From an uncultured Clostridia bacterium (GTDB lineage: Bacteria; Bacillota; Clostridia; Christensenellales; CAMQZB01), in NCBI GenBank assembly GCA_964406735.1, contig CAYOSU010000002.1:1488-65487 (forward strand): a DNA stretch of 64,000 nucleotides, in the 5' to 3' direction. Below are positions 30,537 to 39,462 of the stretch, one piece after another. The number at the start of each line of letters is the position of its first letter. Position 1 is the stretch's first letter. Under the pieces are notes generated by a model. The model made no database searches, was not told where the DNA came from, and was given only the letters and a program-made list of their open reading frames with translations. The position numbers and the translations under genes are program-made.

Positions 30537-30654
30537 AAAAAAATAAAGCTCGGCTATATAAATAACCGAGCTCACTCGACATCTTCTCCGACAGAAAGCC
30601 TTTTGGCTTCTACACTACGGTGTACTGTCCTCCGATGACCAAATCAATTGTCAT
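30537..30654 (-). promoter_or_regulatory. Structured 5' leader ending in an intrinsic terminator (candidate riboswitch or attenuator)
   Basis: Terminator AGCUCGGUUAU-uuau-AUAGCCGAGCU-UUAUUUUUUU lies between the promoter (TTGACA at 30687-30682) and the RBS, preceded by a multi-stem fold. Confidence 0.7.
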
Positions 30655-30744
30655 ATGAGTTTTAGCATAAATAAAATTATATGTCAACATTATTACGCTA
30701 AATAGCGCATCTTTTTTGGGGTATTTAAGATTTTTTATAACAGA

Positions 30745-31776
30745 CTATCTTGCCTGATAAATCTCTTTATAGTTCTTGAAAAGTGTTTTGTCCTCCGCCT
30801 TGAATGCGTAATGCGCAAACGAGAAGCACAAAGTCTTATCACAGAAAGCGTTTGCAAGCTTGAACTGCTGGATCATACGGTCTTTTTCACAGAACTGCCC
30901 TTTGCTTGAAAATAGCTCGCAGTTTATCCACAGCGTCAAATTCGTGTCTTTCGTAGCGTCAGCGCAATACTTCGCAAATTTATACAGTTCAACTGCGTTT
31001 CGCTGCTCGTCGGGCGATTTTGCCCCGAAACCGTCCTGCGGCGCAAGAACGTCTCCTTTGCGGAAGTTGACCTCTGAACATATTCTGAAAAAGGTATCGT
31101 CGAGCTCCAAAAAAGGCGAAGTGTACTTTCCGCGATACGGAGAAAATATCATCGGTAAGCCGTTTCCGTATTGCTCTATGCCGTCGATAACTCCGTTAAG
31201 AAGTTCTATCCACTGCTTTTCGTAGCCAAGAAAGGTCGAGAACATCTCGGGAGAGTAGTACCAGCCAACAAACGACTTGTGAGAGCTGTATTTTGAGTAT
31301 ATCTCCTCGAAAAGTATATTATGAACCTTTATAGCTTCTTCGACGTACTCGTCGTTATAATTCGTAGCCCACCAATCGTGAGGCGTGTAAGTTCCGACAT
31401 ATACGTCAAGGTCGTGTGCATCTGCAGAAGTCAGCATCAACTCTAAGGTAGACGAGTAAGTATCATCACCTTCTATTTTGTCGCTTTTATAGTACGCAAC
31501 ACTCTCACCGTAGTCATTGCTGTATACGGATTGGAGTATTACGGTATCAAAGCCCAAAGAGCACAGTGTGTCAAAGTATGCGTCCCAATCGTCGGCAGTA
31601 AGCGAGCAAGCGTACCAGCTTTGTATGAAGTCTACGGACGGGAACAATGCTTCTTGCTCCTCTATTTCGGCAAGAACACGCTTATTATTGACCTGATTTA
31701 TCGTTATAGTCGTTATCGCTATTGCAAGGCAAAGCGTCAAAGCGACGATCATAATTATCTTTTTCTTCTTTTTCAT
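30745..31776 (-). CDS. DUF4434-like membrane-anchored glycoside hydrolase-type protein
   Basis: N-terminal anchor; GFDTVILQ, SFVGWYYSPE, APQDGFG and LWINCELF motifs. Confidence 0.7.
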   Translation of the reverse strand: MKKKKKIIMIVALTLCLAIAITTITINQVNNKRVLAEIEEQEALFPSVDFIQSWYACSLTADDWDAYFDTLCSLGFDTVILQSVYSNDYGESVAYYKSDKIEGDDTYSSTLELMLTSADAHDLDVYVGTYTPHDWWATNYNDEYVEEAIKVHNILFEEIYSKYSSHKSFVGWYYSPEMFSTFLGYEKQWIELLNGVIDGIEQYGNGLPMIFSPYRGKYTSPFLELDDTFFRICSEVNFRKGDVLAPQDGFGAKSPDEQRNAVELYKFAKYCADATKDTNLTLWINCELFSSKGQFCEKDRMIQQFKLANAFCDKTLCFSFAHYAFKAEDKTLFKNYKEIYQAR

Positions 31777-32202
31777 ATCATTATCCTGATTTTTATATAT
31801 GACTTCGCAATATTTATTTCAGCTTAATAATTTTATCATATAATATTGCTTTTTTCAATACAATAAACGCAAATCATAGACGGTTTTTGAAAATAAAGTT
31901 ACTATTTAATGATTGCCATTTCTTTCTCCTCAACGAGGAAGATATATCTATTAAATTCATAGTGTTCGTACCCTCATTTATATCCTTGAAATCAGGCACA
32001 AATTAGGCACAGTTTTTTATAAATTGGGTAAAAATTGGGTACAAAAAAATTAAAATTGCGTTAAATCACCTTAAAATTCTCTCGTTTTTGATGAAGTTCG
32101 GTGCACAAAATTTTAAATTTTGATTTTAAGAATATTTTAATTAAATTATATAAAAAAAACCGCATAAATGCAATAAAAACATACATTTTTGACGAGAAAT
32201 GC

Positions 32203-32286
32203 GATAAAATACACAGCTTCGCCGTGATGAGATACACCGCACAAGTGCGGTGATGAGATGCCATTGCCGACGCAACGGATAAAAAA
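32203..32286. repeat. Three tandem short hairpins, each preceded by GATRARAT (REP-like)
   Basis: GATAAAATA-cacagc ttc gccgt-GATGAGATA-caccgcac aa gtgcggt-GATGAGATG-ccattgc cgac gcaacgg, immediately downstream of the tmRNA terminator. Confidence 0.55.
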
Positions 32287-32313
32287 TTCCAAGCCAAATT
32301 GCTTGGAATTTTT
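32281..32313 (-). terminator. tmRNA terminator
   Basis: AAAAATTCCAAGC-N6-GCTTGGAATTTTT immediately after the CCA end. Confidence 0.85.
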
Positions 32314-32314
32314 C

Positions 32315-32676
32315 TGGTGGACGTGAGGAGAGTCGAACTCCTGTCTTGCCGAGCAAAACGCAGCTTTCTACGTGCGTATCCTTTGTTTTGTGTCGTCGGA
32401 GAAACTTCCAAAGGCAAAATTAACTCCGACCTGACCGTCTTTGATGCCGACCAAAAGCGGCAAGGTCATTCCGCTTTTAGTCCGTTCCCTGCTTAGTTGA
32501 TGCCGAAATAAGGTCAGCAGGATACCTTACCCGACATCGCGCGATAATTACGCAGCGACAGCTACAGTGTTTCTGTTAGCAGTTAAATTTAAACGTACGG
32601 TTTTTTACGAAAGACGTACTCCTTTCGGCACGCTTACACCACGCTCCGACACGACAATCGAATCCGGTGCACGCCC
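32315..32676 (-). ncRNA. ssrA: tmRNA; tag peptide (A)ANRNTVAVAA* at 32580-32548
   Basis: 5' GGGCGUG pairs with 3' CACGUCC-ACCA, including the G3-U70 Ala identity pair; GGAUUCGA motif near the 5' end; T-arm AGGAGUUCGACUCUCCU; lies directly downstream of smpB. Confidence 0.96.
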
Positions 32677-32707
32677 ATATTAAGTTGTTTTATAATTAAA
32701 GATATTG

Positions 32708-33154
32708 CTATCTGTAATTAGCAAGCTCTCTTTGAGCCTCTCTGTCGAGATCTCTTTCTTTTATTGTACGCTTTTTATCGAAGGACTGCTTACCCTTGCA
32801 AAGCGCAACCTCCATTTTTATCAGCGAGCCCTTGAAGTAAAGCTTATCTGGAACGAGAGTGAACCCTTTTTCCTGAACCTTGCCGAACAAGCGGTTTATC
32901 TCCGCTTTATGCATCAAAAGCTTTCTATCCCGGCGAGGGTCAAGATTTGAAAAGCTACCCTGCTTATACGGCGCAATATGCATATTTTTGAGGGTCATCT
33001 GTCCGTCGCGCACGAAAATAAAGCTCTCTTTTAAGGATACATTGCCGCTTCTTACCGATTTGACTTCGCATCCCGAAAGCTCTATTCCCGCCTCGAACCT
33101 ATCGACGACGAAATACTCGAAATTTATGCTCTTGTTGGTTGCTATTACTTTCAT
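32708..33154 (-). CDS. smpB: SsrA-binding protein
   Basis: EAGIELSGCEVKSVR, RDRKLLMHK and KGKQSFDKK motifs. Confidence 0.97.
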   Translation of the reverse strand: MKVIATNKSINFEYFVVDRFEAGIELSGCEVKSVRSGNVSLKESFIFVRDGQMTLKNMHIAPYKQGSFSNLDPRRDRKLLMHKAEINRLFGKVQEKGFTLVPDKLYFKGSLIKMEVALCKGKQSFDKKRTIKERDLDREAQRELANYR

Positions 33155-33169
33155 ATAAAATTCTTGATC

Positions 33170-35275
33170 TTACGCCAATACGAAGCTTACACGCCTCGAT
33201 GCGATGTCTGCGCCGACGACTTTTATCCTTACTTTTTGACCGAGAGTGAAGCTATGATCTCCCGATGAGAGTGAATACATCTTCTCGTTGTATACAAGGT
33301 TTGGATCATTGAGAGTCTCAATTCTTATAAGTCCCTCGCAGGTGTTTTCAAGCTCTACGAAAACGCCGAACTGGGTAACTCCCGACACAATGCCATCGAA
33401 CTCTTCGCCGAGAAGCGAGTGCATATACTCCGTCTTTTTGAGCTCGTCTACGTCTCTTTCAGCCTCGTCCGCCTTGCGTTCGGTCTCAGTCGAGTGAGTC
33501 GCTACCTCTTCTGCCCTCACAAACTCTTTGTTATACAACCTATCGTCAAACCTATCGTCAAGCATGAATTTGAGCATCCTATGAACGAATAAGTCGGGAT
33601 AACGACGTATCGGTGAAGTGAAATGACAGTAGCAGGTCTTTGACAAGCCGAAATGCTCCTTGCAGAACTGCGAGTACTTCGCTTTCTGCATCGACCTAAG
33701 CATTACCCTGTTTATTATTGAGTATAGCACATTACCGTCAAGTCTTGTCAACAGATCGGCAAGGTTTTTTGAGTGTATTCCGTTCTGCGGAAGCCTGAAA
33801 GGTACTCCAAGTGCATTTACGAACGCTGAAAAGGTCTCTAATTTATCTTCCGTAGGCTCTTCGTGTATTCTGTATACACAGGGAAGCTCCAAATAGAAAA
33901 GTCTCTCGGCAACAGTACAGTTTGCAAGTATCATGAACTCCTCTATCATCCTGTTGGACTTACCTCGCTCGTACGGCTTTATATCGACGGCAACGCCGTT
34001 TTTATCCAAAATTATCTTGGCTTCTTGCGTGTCGAAGTCGATTGAGCCCTCTTTGCCCCGCTTTTTTATCAATACGTCCGCAAGCTCGTTCATCAGCATG
34101 ACGTCGGAGTAAATATCGCTATATCTGAAATTCAGCTCCTTGTCGCCCGCTATCATCCTGGAAACGTTGTTATAGGTCATTCTATGCTTGGAGCATATAA
34201 CGCCCTTTACGACGTCACTATCGACCACGTTTCCGTTTTTGTCTATCTGCATAAGGCAAGAGACTGTCAAGCGGTCAACGCCCTCGTTAAGGGAGCATAT
34301 GCCGTTAGAAAGGCTTTCAGGGAGCATGGGTATTACCCTATCGACAAAGTAAACGCTCGTTCCACGTAAATAAGCCTCTTCGTCTATTGCGCCGCCCTCT
34401 TTGACGTATTCCGTTACGTCGGCTATATGGACGCCTAAAAGATAATTTCCGTTCGGAAGTCTCTCTATCGACACCGCATCGTCAAAGTCCTTTGAATCGT
34501 CGCCGTCGATAGTAAAAATATTTTTGGCTCTGAAATCAGTTCTCGAAGCGTATTGGCTCTTTAAGACGTGATCGGGAAGCTTTGCAGCCTCGGCAAGCGT
34601 TTTTTGCTCGAATTCTGTCTTTATGTTATGCGCCCTTATTATCGACATCACATCAACGCCCGGTGCGCCGACTTTGCCTAATACCTCTATTACCTCGCCC
34701 TCGGGGTTCTTTTTGCCGTATTTGGTTATCTTGGCGACGACCTTGCTTCCGTTCTTTGCGTTTTTGCTCCTGCCGTCAGGTATATATACGTCGTCAAAGA
34801 ATCGCTTATCGTCGGGAAGTACGAATCCGCAGAATTTACCTGCTTGATAAGTGCCTACGACCTCTTTTACTCCTCTTTCGAGTATTCTTACGACATACGC
34901 TACGTCTCCGGAGCTTTCGGAATAATCACGAGAAACGAGCACTTTATCGCCGTGCATGCCACCGTATAAGTTCTTGTTGGGTATGAAGTAGTCGGGGATT
35001 CCCTCTTCCTCGGGACGGAAGAATGCAAAGCCCTTTGCATTGCCCGAAAGAGTTCCTCTCATATAGCCCTTATACTCGCTTAATATATACTTATACTTGA
35101 CGTCGGAAGTCAACGTTCCGTCGCAATACAGCTCGTTAAGCGCATTCTCTACCTCTGCTCTTTCGCTTGGGGTTGAAATGTCAAGTGCTAAACATATCTT
35201 ATCGAGCGACCAGTAATCGGACGGGCGAGTTTTTATTATTTCTAATACCTTATCTTTGAACAACATAATAAACAC
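33170..35275 (-). CDS. rnr: Ribonuclease R
   Basis: TIDGDDSKDFDDA, HFTSPIRRYPD and a C-terminal S1 domain; start may be ATG 35266. Confidence 0.96.
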   Translation of the reverse strand: MFIMLFKDKVLEIIKTRPSDYWSLDKICLALDISTPSERAEVENALNELYCDGTLTSDVKYKYILSEYKGYMRGTLSGNAKGFAFFRPEEEGIPDYFIPNKNLYGGMHGDKVLVSRDYSESSGDVAYVVRILERGVKEVVGTYQAGKFCGFVLPDDKRFFDDVYIPDGRSKNAKNGSKVVAKITKYGKKNPEGEVIEVLGKVGAPGVDVMSIIRAHNIKTEFEQKTLAEAAKLPDHVLKSQYASRTDFRAKNIFTIDGDDSKDFDDAVSIERLPNGNYLLGVHIADVTEYVKEGGAIDEEAYLRGTSVYFVDRVIPMLPESLSNGICSLNEGVDRLTVSCLMQIDKNGNVVDSDVVKGVICSKHRMTYNNVSRMIAGDKELNFRYSDIYSDVMLMNELADVLIKKRGKEGSIDFDTQEAKIILDKNGVAVDIKPYERGKSNRMIEEFMILANCTVAERLFYLELPCVYRIHEEPTEDKLETFSAFVNALGVPFRLPQNGIHSKNLADLLTRLDGNVLYSIINRVMLRSMQKAKYSQFCKEHFGLSKTCYCHFTSPIRRYPDLFVHRMLKFMLDDRFDDRLYNKEFVRAEEVATHSTETERKADEAERDVDELKKTEYMHSLLGEEFDGIVSGVTQFGVFVELENTCEGLIRIETLNDPNLVYNEKMYSLSSGDHSFTLGQKVRIKVVGADIASRRVSFVLA

Positions 35276-35326
35276 AAAAACGGCTATGCAAAAAGTACAT
35301 AGCCGTTATTCTACATCTTTCTTTCG

Positions 35327-35662
35327 TTAGCCGACAACTACGGGTCCGACACCGATGAGGATCTCGGAAGCAACGAGGAAGAACAATACCGAGAAGCCGA
35401 TGATTACGCAGATCGAAACGATAGTCAATCTCTTGAGCTTAGCTTCAAGTGACGTATCGTTCTTCGAAAAGAACGTTTCGGAACCGGAAATTGCACCAAC
35501 GCCGTCGCTGTTACCAGGCTGGAACATAACGACCAAAATTGTGAAAACGGAACATACTACCATGCAAACGAAAAGAATTATTTCGATCGTGTGGTATGCT
35601 GCGTTAGATACCGTGAAAAGCGGAGCTAAAATATTGTATACTCCATTAATAGCAGAAGACAT
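35327..35662 (-). CDS. secG: Preprotein translocase subunit SecG
   Basis: VMFQPGNSDGVGAISG loop between two TM segments; conserved position upstream of rnr; GGAGGA RBS before ATG 35662. Confidence 0.88.
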   Translation of the reverse strand: MSSAINGVYNILAPLFTVSNAAYHTIEIILFVCMVVCSVFTILVVMFQPGNSDGVGAISGSETFFSKNDTSLEAKLKRLTIVSICVIIGFSVLFFLVASEILIGVGPVVVG

Positions 35663-35741
35663 TACCTTCTCCTCCAAATTCATAAGTCTAAAGTATTCTA
35701 TCACAAATTATCTTGCTTTGGCAAGTTATTTGAGACCAAAT

Positions 35742-37271
35742 TTACTTAATTATCAAAGATTTTCCCATCATTTCGCTCGGAGCGGGCAATTCCATAAGCT
35801 CGAGGAGCGTCGGAGCGAGATCGGAAAGTCTTCCGTCGGAAAGCTTGACATCCTTTCTTGCGTCATCGACTAATATCACGGGAACGAGATTTGTCGTATG
35901 AGCAGTGAAAGGCTCGCCGTTTTCGACCATCTTGTCGCAGTTGCCGTGGTCAGCCGTTATAACTAAGCTTCCGCCGACCTTTCTTACCTCTTCGGCAATT
36001 CTGCCTGCGCATCCGTCAACGGTCTCGACAGCCTTTACGGCAGCCTCCATAACACCCGTATGGCCGACCATATCGCAGTTTGCGAAGTTCAAGATGATAA
36101 GGTCGTATTCACAAGACCTTATCGCATCGATGACCTTATCGCATACCTCAGGAGCGCTCATCTCGGGCTGCAAGTCGTAAGTTGCAACCTTGGGAGACGG
36201 AACGAGCGTTCTGTCTTCATTTGCGTTGGGAGCTTCTACTCCGCCGTTGAAGAAGAATGTTACGTGAGCGTACTTCTCCGTCTCTGCGATACGAAGCTGC
36301 TTTTTGCCAAGGCTTGCTACGTACTCGCCGAGAGTGTTTGTAAGCTTTTGCGGCTTGAACGCTATATCTACGTTTTCAAACGTTGCATCGTACTGCGTCA
36401 TGCAGACGTAGTAGAGATCCATCTTATTCCTGAAGAAGCCGTCGAATTTATTCTGCGTGAACGCACGGGTAATCTCTCTCGCTCTGTCGGGACGGAAGTT
36501 AAAGAAGATTATCGCATCGCCCGAGTTAACAGTTGCAACGGGAGTACCGTCTTCCTTAACTACTACCTTGGGGATGACGAATTCGTCCGTTACGGAAAGC
36601 TCGTAAGACTTTCTTACAGCTTCGGCAGCATCGGTTATCTCCTCGCCTATTCCGTTGGAAATAGCCATATAAGCCTTTTCTACTCTATCCCAGCGGTTGT
36701 CTCTGTCCATAGCGTAATATCTGCCCATTACGGAAGCGATATGACCGAAGCTTATGGAATTCATATATTCCTGAAGCTCGTCGATATAGCCTGCACCGCT
36801 CGTCGGAGAAACGTCTCTGCCGTCTAAGAAGCCGTGAACGAAAGCATCGTCAAGACCTTGCTCTTTGCAAAGCTTCAAAAGCGCAAACAAGTGATTGATA
36901 TGGCTATGAACGCCGCCGTCCGACAAAAGTCCGTATAAATGAACCTTTCCGCCGTGAGATTTAGCAAAATTTATAGCTTTGAGGAAAGCCTCGTTATCAA
37001 AAAAGTCGCCGTCCGATATAGACTTGGTTATTCTCGTAAGCTCCTGATAAACGATCCTTCCTGCTCCTATATTGAGATGTCCTACCTCGCTGTTGCCCAT
37101 CTGGCCGTCGGGAAGACCTACGTCCATTCCGCTAGCGCCGAGCTTTGCGTGAGGATAGCTTTCAATGAGCTTTTTGATATTTGGTACGCCCTCAACGGTT
37201 ATAGCGTTATATTCGCTCTCGGGTGCGATTCCGAAGCCGTCGAGGATCATAAGCATCGTGAGTTTTTTCAT
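35742..37271 (-). CDS. gpmI: 2,3-bisphosphoglycerate-independent phosphoglycerate mutase
   Basis: ILDGFG, GQMGNSEVGH, AMDRD, ETEKYAHVT and TADHGN motifs. Confidence 0.97.
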   Translation of the reverse strand: MKKLTMLMILDGFGIAPESEYNAITVEGVPNIKKLIESYPHAKLGASGMDVGLPDGQMGNSEVGHLNIGAGRIVYQELTRITKSISDGDFFDNEAFLKAINFAKSHGGKVHLYGLLSDGGVHSHINHLFALLKLCKEQGLDDAFVHGFLDGRDVSPTSGAGYIDELQEYMNSISFGHIASVMGRYYAMDRDNRWDRVEKAYMAISNGIGEEITDAAEAVRKSYELSVTDEFVIPKVVVKEDGTPVATVNSGDAIIFFNFRPDRAREITRAFTQNKFDGFFRNKMDLYYVCMTQYDATFENVDIAFKPQKLTNTLGEYVASLGKKQLRIAETEKYAHVTFFFNGGVEAPNANEDRTLVPSPKVATYDLQPEMSAPEVCDKVIDAIRSCEYDLIILNFANCDMVGHTGVMEAAVKAVETVDGCAGRIAEEVRKVGGSLVITADHGNCDKMVENGEPFTAHTTNLVPVILVDDARKDVKLSDGRLSDLAPTLLELMELPAPSEMMGKSLIIK

Positions 37272-37284
37272 ATTATCCCTCAAA

Positions 37285-38037
37285 TTACGCGTTGTAATTT
37301 ACTACCTTTGCGAAGTCCTCGGCAACGAGCGATGCACCGCCGATAAGTCCGCCGTCGATCTCTTCCTGAGCCATCAAAGACTTAGCGTTGGCGGGCTTCA
37401 TGCTTCCGCCGTACTGGATGCGAAGCTCGGAAGCTACCTTTGCGCCGAACATATCCTTGACAACGTTTCTGATATAACCGATCGTCTCGTTAGCCTGCTC
37501 GTCGGTTGCGGTAAGACCCGTTCCGATAGCCCAAACGGGTTCGTAAGCGATAACGGTCTCCTTCATCATCTCGGGCGTGAAAGCCTTGAGTGCGCCTCTT
37601 ACCTGACGGGAAACGACCTCTTCGGTCAAGCCGCCGACTCTTTCTTCCTTGAGCTCGCCTACGCAAATGATAGGTTTAAGTCCGCCCTCTAACGCAGCAG
37701 ACGCTCTGAGGTTTACCGTCTCGTCGGTCTCGCCGAAGTACTGACGACGCTCGGAATGTCCGATAATTACGTATTCAACGCCGATCTCTTTGAGCATATC
37801 GACGGAGATCTCTCCTGTATAAGCTCCGCTCTTTGCGAAGTGTACGTTCTCAGCACCGACTTTGATGTTCGTGCCGCTCGTAAGCTCTACTGCTTTAGCG
37901 AGATTTGTATAAGGAACGCAGATAACTACCTCTGCCTCAGCGTCTTTTACCAAAGGAATGAGCGAAGTAATCAAAGCCTCGGCTTCCTTCTGCGTTTTGT
38001 TCATCTTCCAGTTTCCTGCAATAATAGGTCTTCTCAT
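37285..38037 (-). CDS. tpiA: Triosephosphate isomerase
   Basis: AGNWKMN, GHSERR and AYEPVWAIGTG motifs. Confidence 0.98.
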   Translation of the reverse strand: MRRPIIAGNWKMNKTQKEAEALITSLIPLVKDAEAEVVICVPYTNLAKAVELTSGTNIKVGAENVHFAKSGAYTGEISVDMLKEIGVEYVIIGHSERRQYFGETDETVNLRASAALEGGLKPIICVGELKEERVGGLTEEVVSRQVRGALKAFTPEMMKETVIAYEPVWAIGTGLTATDEQANETIGYIRNVVKDMFGAKVASELRIQYGGSMKPANAKSLMAQEEIDGGLIGGASLVAEDFAKVVNYNA

Positions 38038-38181
38038 AGTTTATCTCCATTATATTTTATTTATATTCGACACAAAACATTTAATTTATGCGAATACAAG
38101 TTTTTGGCTTCCGATAGAATATCTACCGAAAGCCGAAATTTGTTCAATACTTAAAGGCTCGGTCAACCGAGCCTCGTTAAA

Positions 38182-39369
38182 TTATTTGTTGTTAAGGCAA
38201 GCTACTCCCGGAAGCTCCAAACCCTCGAGGAATTCGAGAGATGCGCCGCCACCAGTCGAGATGTGAGTCATCTTGTCAGCGTAGCCAAGCTGTGTTACTG
38301 CGGCTGCAGAGTCGCCGCCACCGATGATAGTGATAGCGTTGCTGTCAGCAAGAGCCTGAGCAACAGCCTTCGTGCCCTTTGCAAAGTTAGGCATCTCGAA
38401 TACGCCCATAGGTCCGTTCCAGATAACGGTTCCGGCAGACTTGATAGCCTCTGCGAAAAGCTCTCTCGTCTTCTCACCGATGTCCAAACCCTCTTCGTCA
38501 GCGGGGATCTCGTTGCTTGCAACCGTTCTGTAAGGAGCGTCATTGCTGAACTCTTTGGAAACTACGGTGTCGATAGGAAGAAGAAGTTTTACGTTCTTAG
38601 CCTCTGCCTTTGCAAGGAGCTCTTTTGCAAGGTCAACCTTATCGAGCTCAACCTTGGAAAGTCCGATCTCATAGCCCTTAGCTTTGAGGAAGGTATAAGC
38701 CATAGCGCCGCCGATGATGAGCGTGTCTACCTTTTCGAGAAGGTTGTTGATAACGCCGATCTTGTCGGATACCTTTGCGCCGCCCAAAATAGCAACGAAA
38801 GGACGCTTAGGATCTTCCAAAGCTCCGCCCATAACGTCGAGCTCTTTTCCGATAAGGAAGCCAGCTACTGCGGTGTCGATATATTTGGTTACGCCGGCGG
38901 TCGAAGCGTGTGCTCTGTGAGCCGTTCCGAATGCGTCGTTTACGTATACGTCGCCGAAAGATGCGAGCTCTTTGCAGAAGCCGTCTTCGTTCTTTTCCTC
39001 TTCCTTGTGGAAGCGGAGGTTCTCAAGAAGAACCACCTCTCCGTCGTTAAGAGCAGCAACCTTTGCCTTAGCGTCTTCACCGATAACGTCGTGAGCGAAC
39101 GTTACCTTGCCGTTCAAAAGCTCGTTCAAGCGGTTTGCAACGGGTTCGAGAGAATACTTCATGTTGAATTCTCCCTTAGGTCTGCCAAGGTGAGAGCACA
39201 AAACTACCTTTGCGCCCTGCTCCATAAGATATTTGATCGTAGGAAGTGCGCCGATGATTCTTGTTTCATCGGTGATATTTTTGTCTGCGTCGAGAGGAAC
39301 GTTGAAGTCTACTCTGACAAGAACTCTTTTACCTTTTACGTCGATGTCCTTTACGGTCTTTTTATTCAT
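38182..39369 (-). CDS. pgk: Phosphoglycerate kinase
   Basis: [22 protein letters not shown] and STGGGASLE motifs. Confidence 0.98.
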   Translation of the reverse strand: MNKKTVKDIDVKGKRVLVRVDFNVPLDADKNITDETRIIGALPTIKYLMEQGAKVVLCSHLGRPKGEFNMKYSLEPVANRLNELLNGKVTFAHDVIGEDAKAKVAALNDGEVVLLENLRFHKEEEKNEDGFCKELASFGDVYVNDAFGTAHRAHASTAGVTKYIDTAVAGFLIGKELDVMGGALEDPKRPFVAILGGAKVSDKIGVINNLLEKVDTLIIGGAMAYTFLKAKGYEIGLSKVELDKVDLAKELLAKAEAKNVKLLLPIDTVVSKEFSNDAPYRTVASNEIPADEEGLDIGEKTRELFAEAIKSAGTVIWNGPMGVFEMPNFAKGTKAVAQALADSNAITIIGGGDSAAAVTQLGYADKMTHISTGGGASLEFLEGLELPGVACLNNK

Positions 39370-39462
39370 AAAAAATACTCCTTAAAATATTTCATATTTT
39401 TCTACTTTAATTTTAACCTCGTTTTCAAGGTTTGTCAAATCTTTAACAAGATATTTGTCTCT

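Noticed and set aside
32061-32496. ORFs of 118, 71 and 65 aa around 32.1-32.5 kb
   Set aside because: They overlap the tmRNA, its terminator and hairpin repeats; no RBS or protein motifs.
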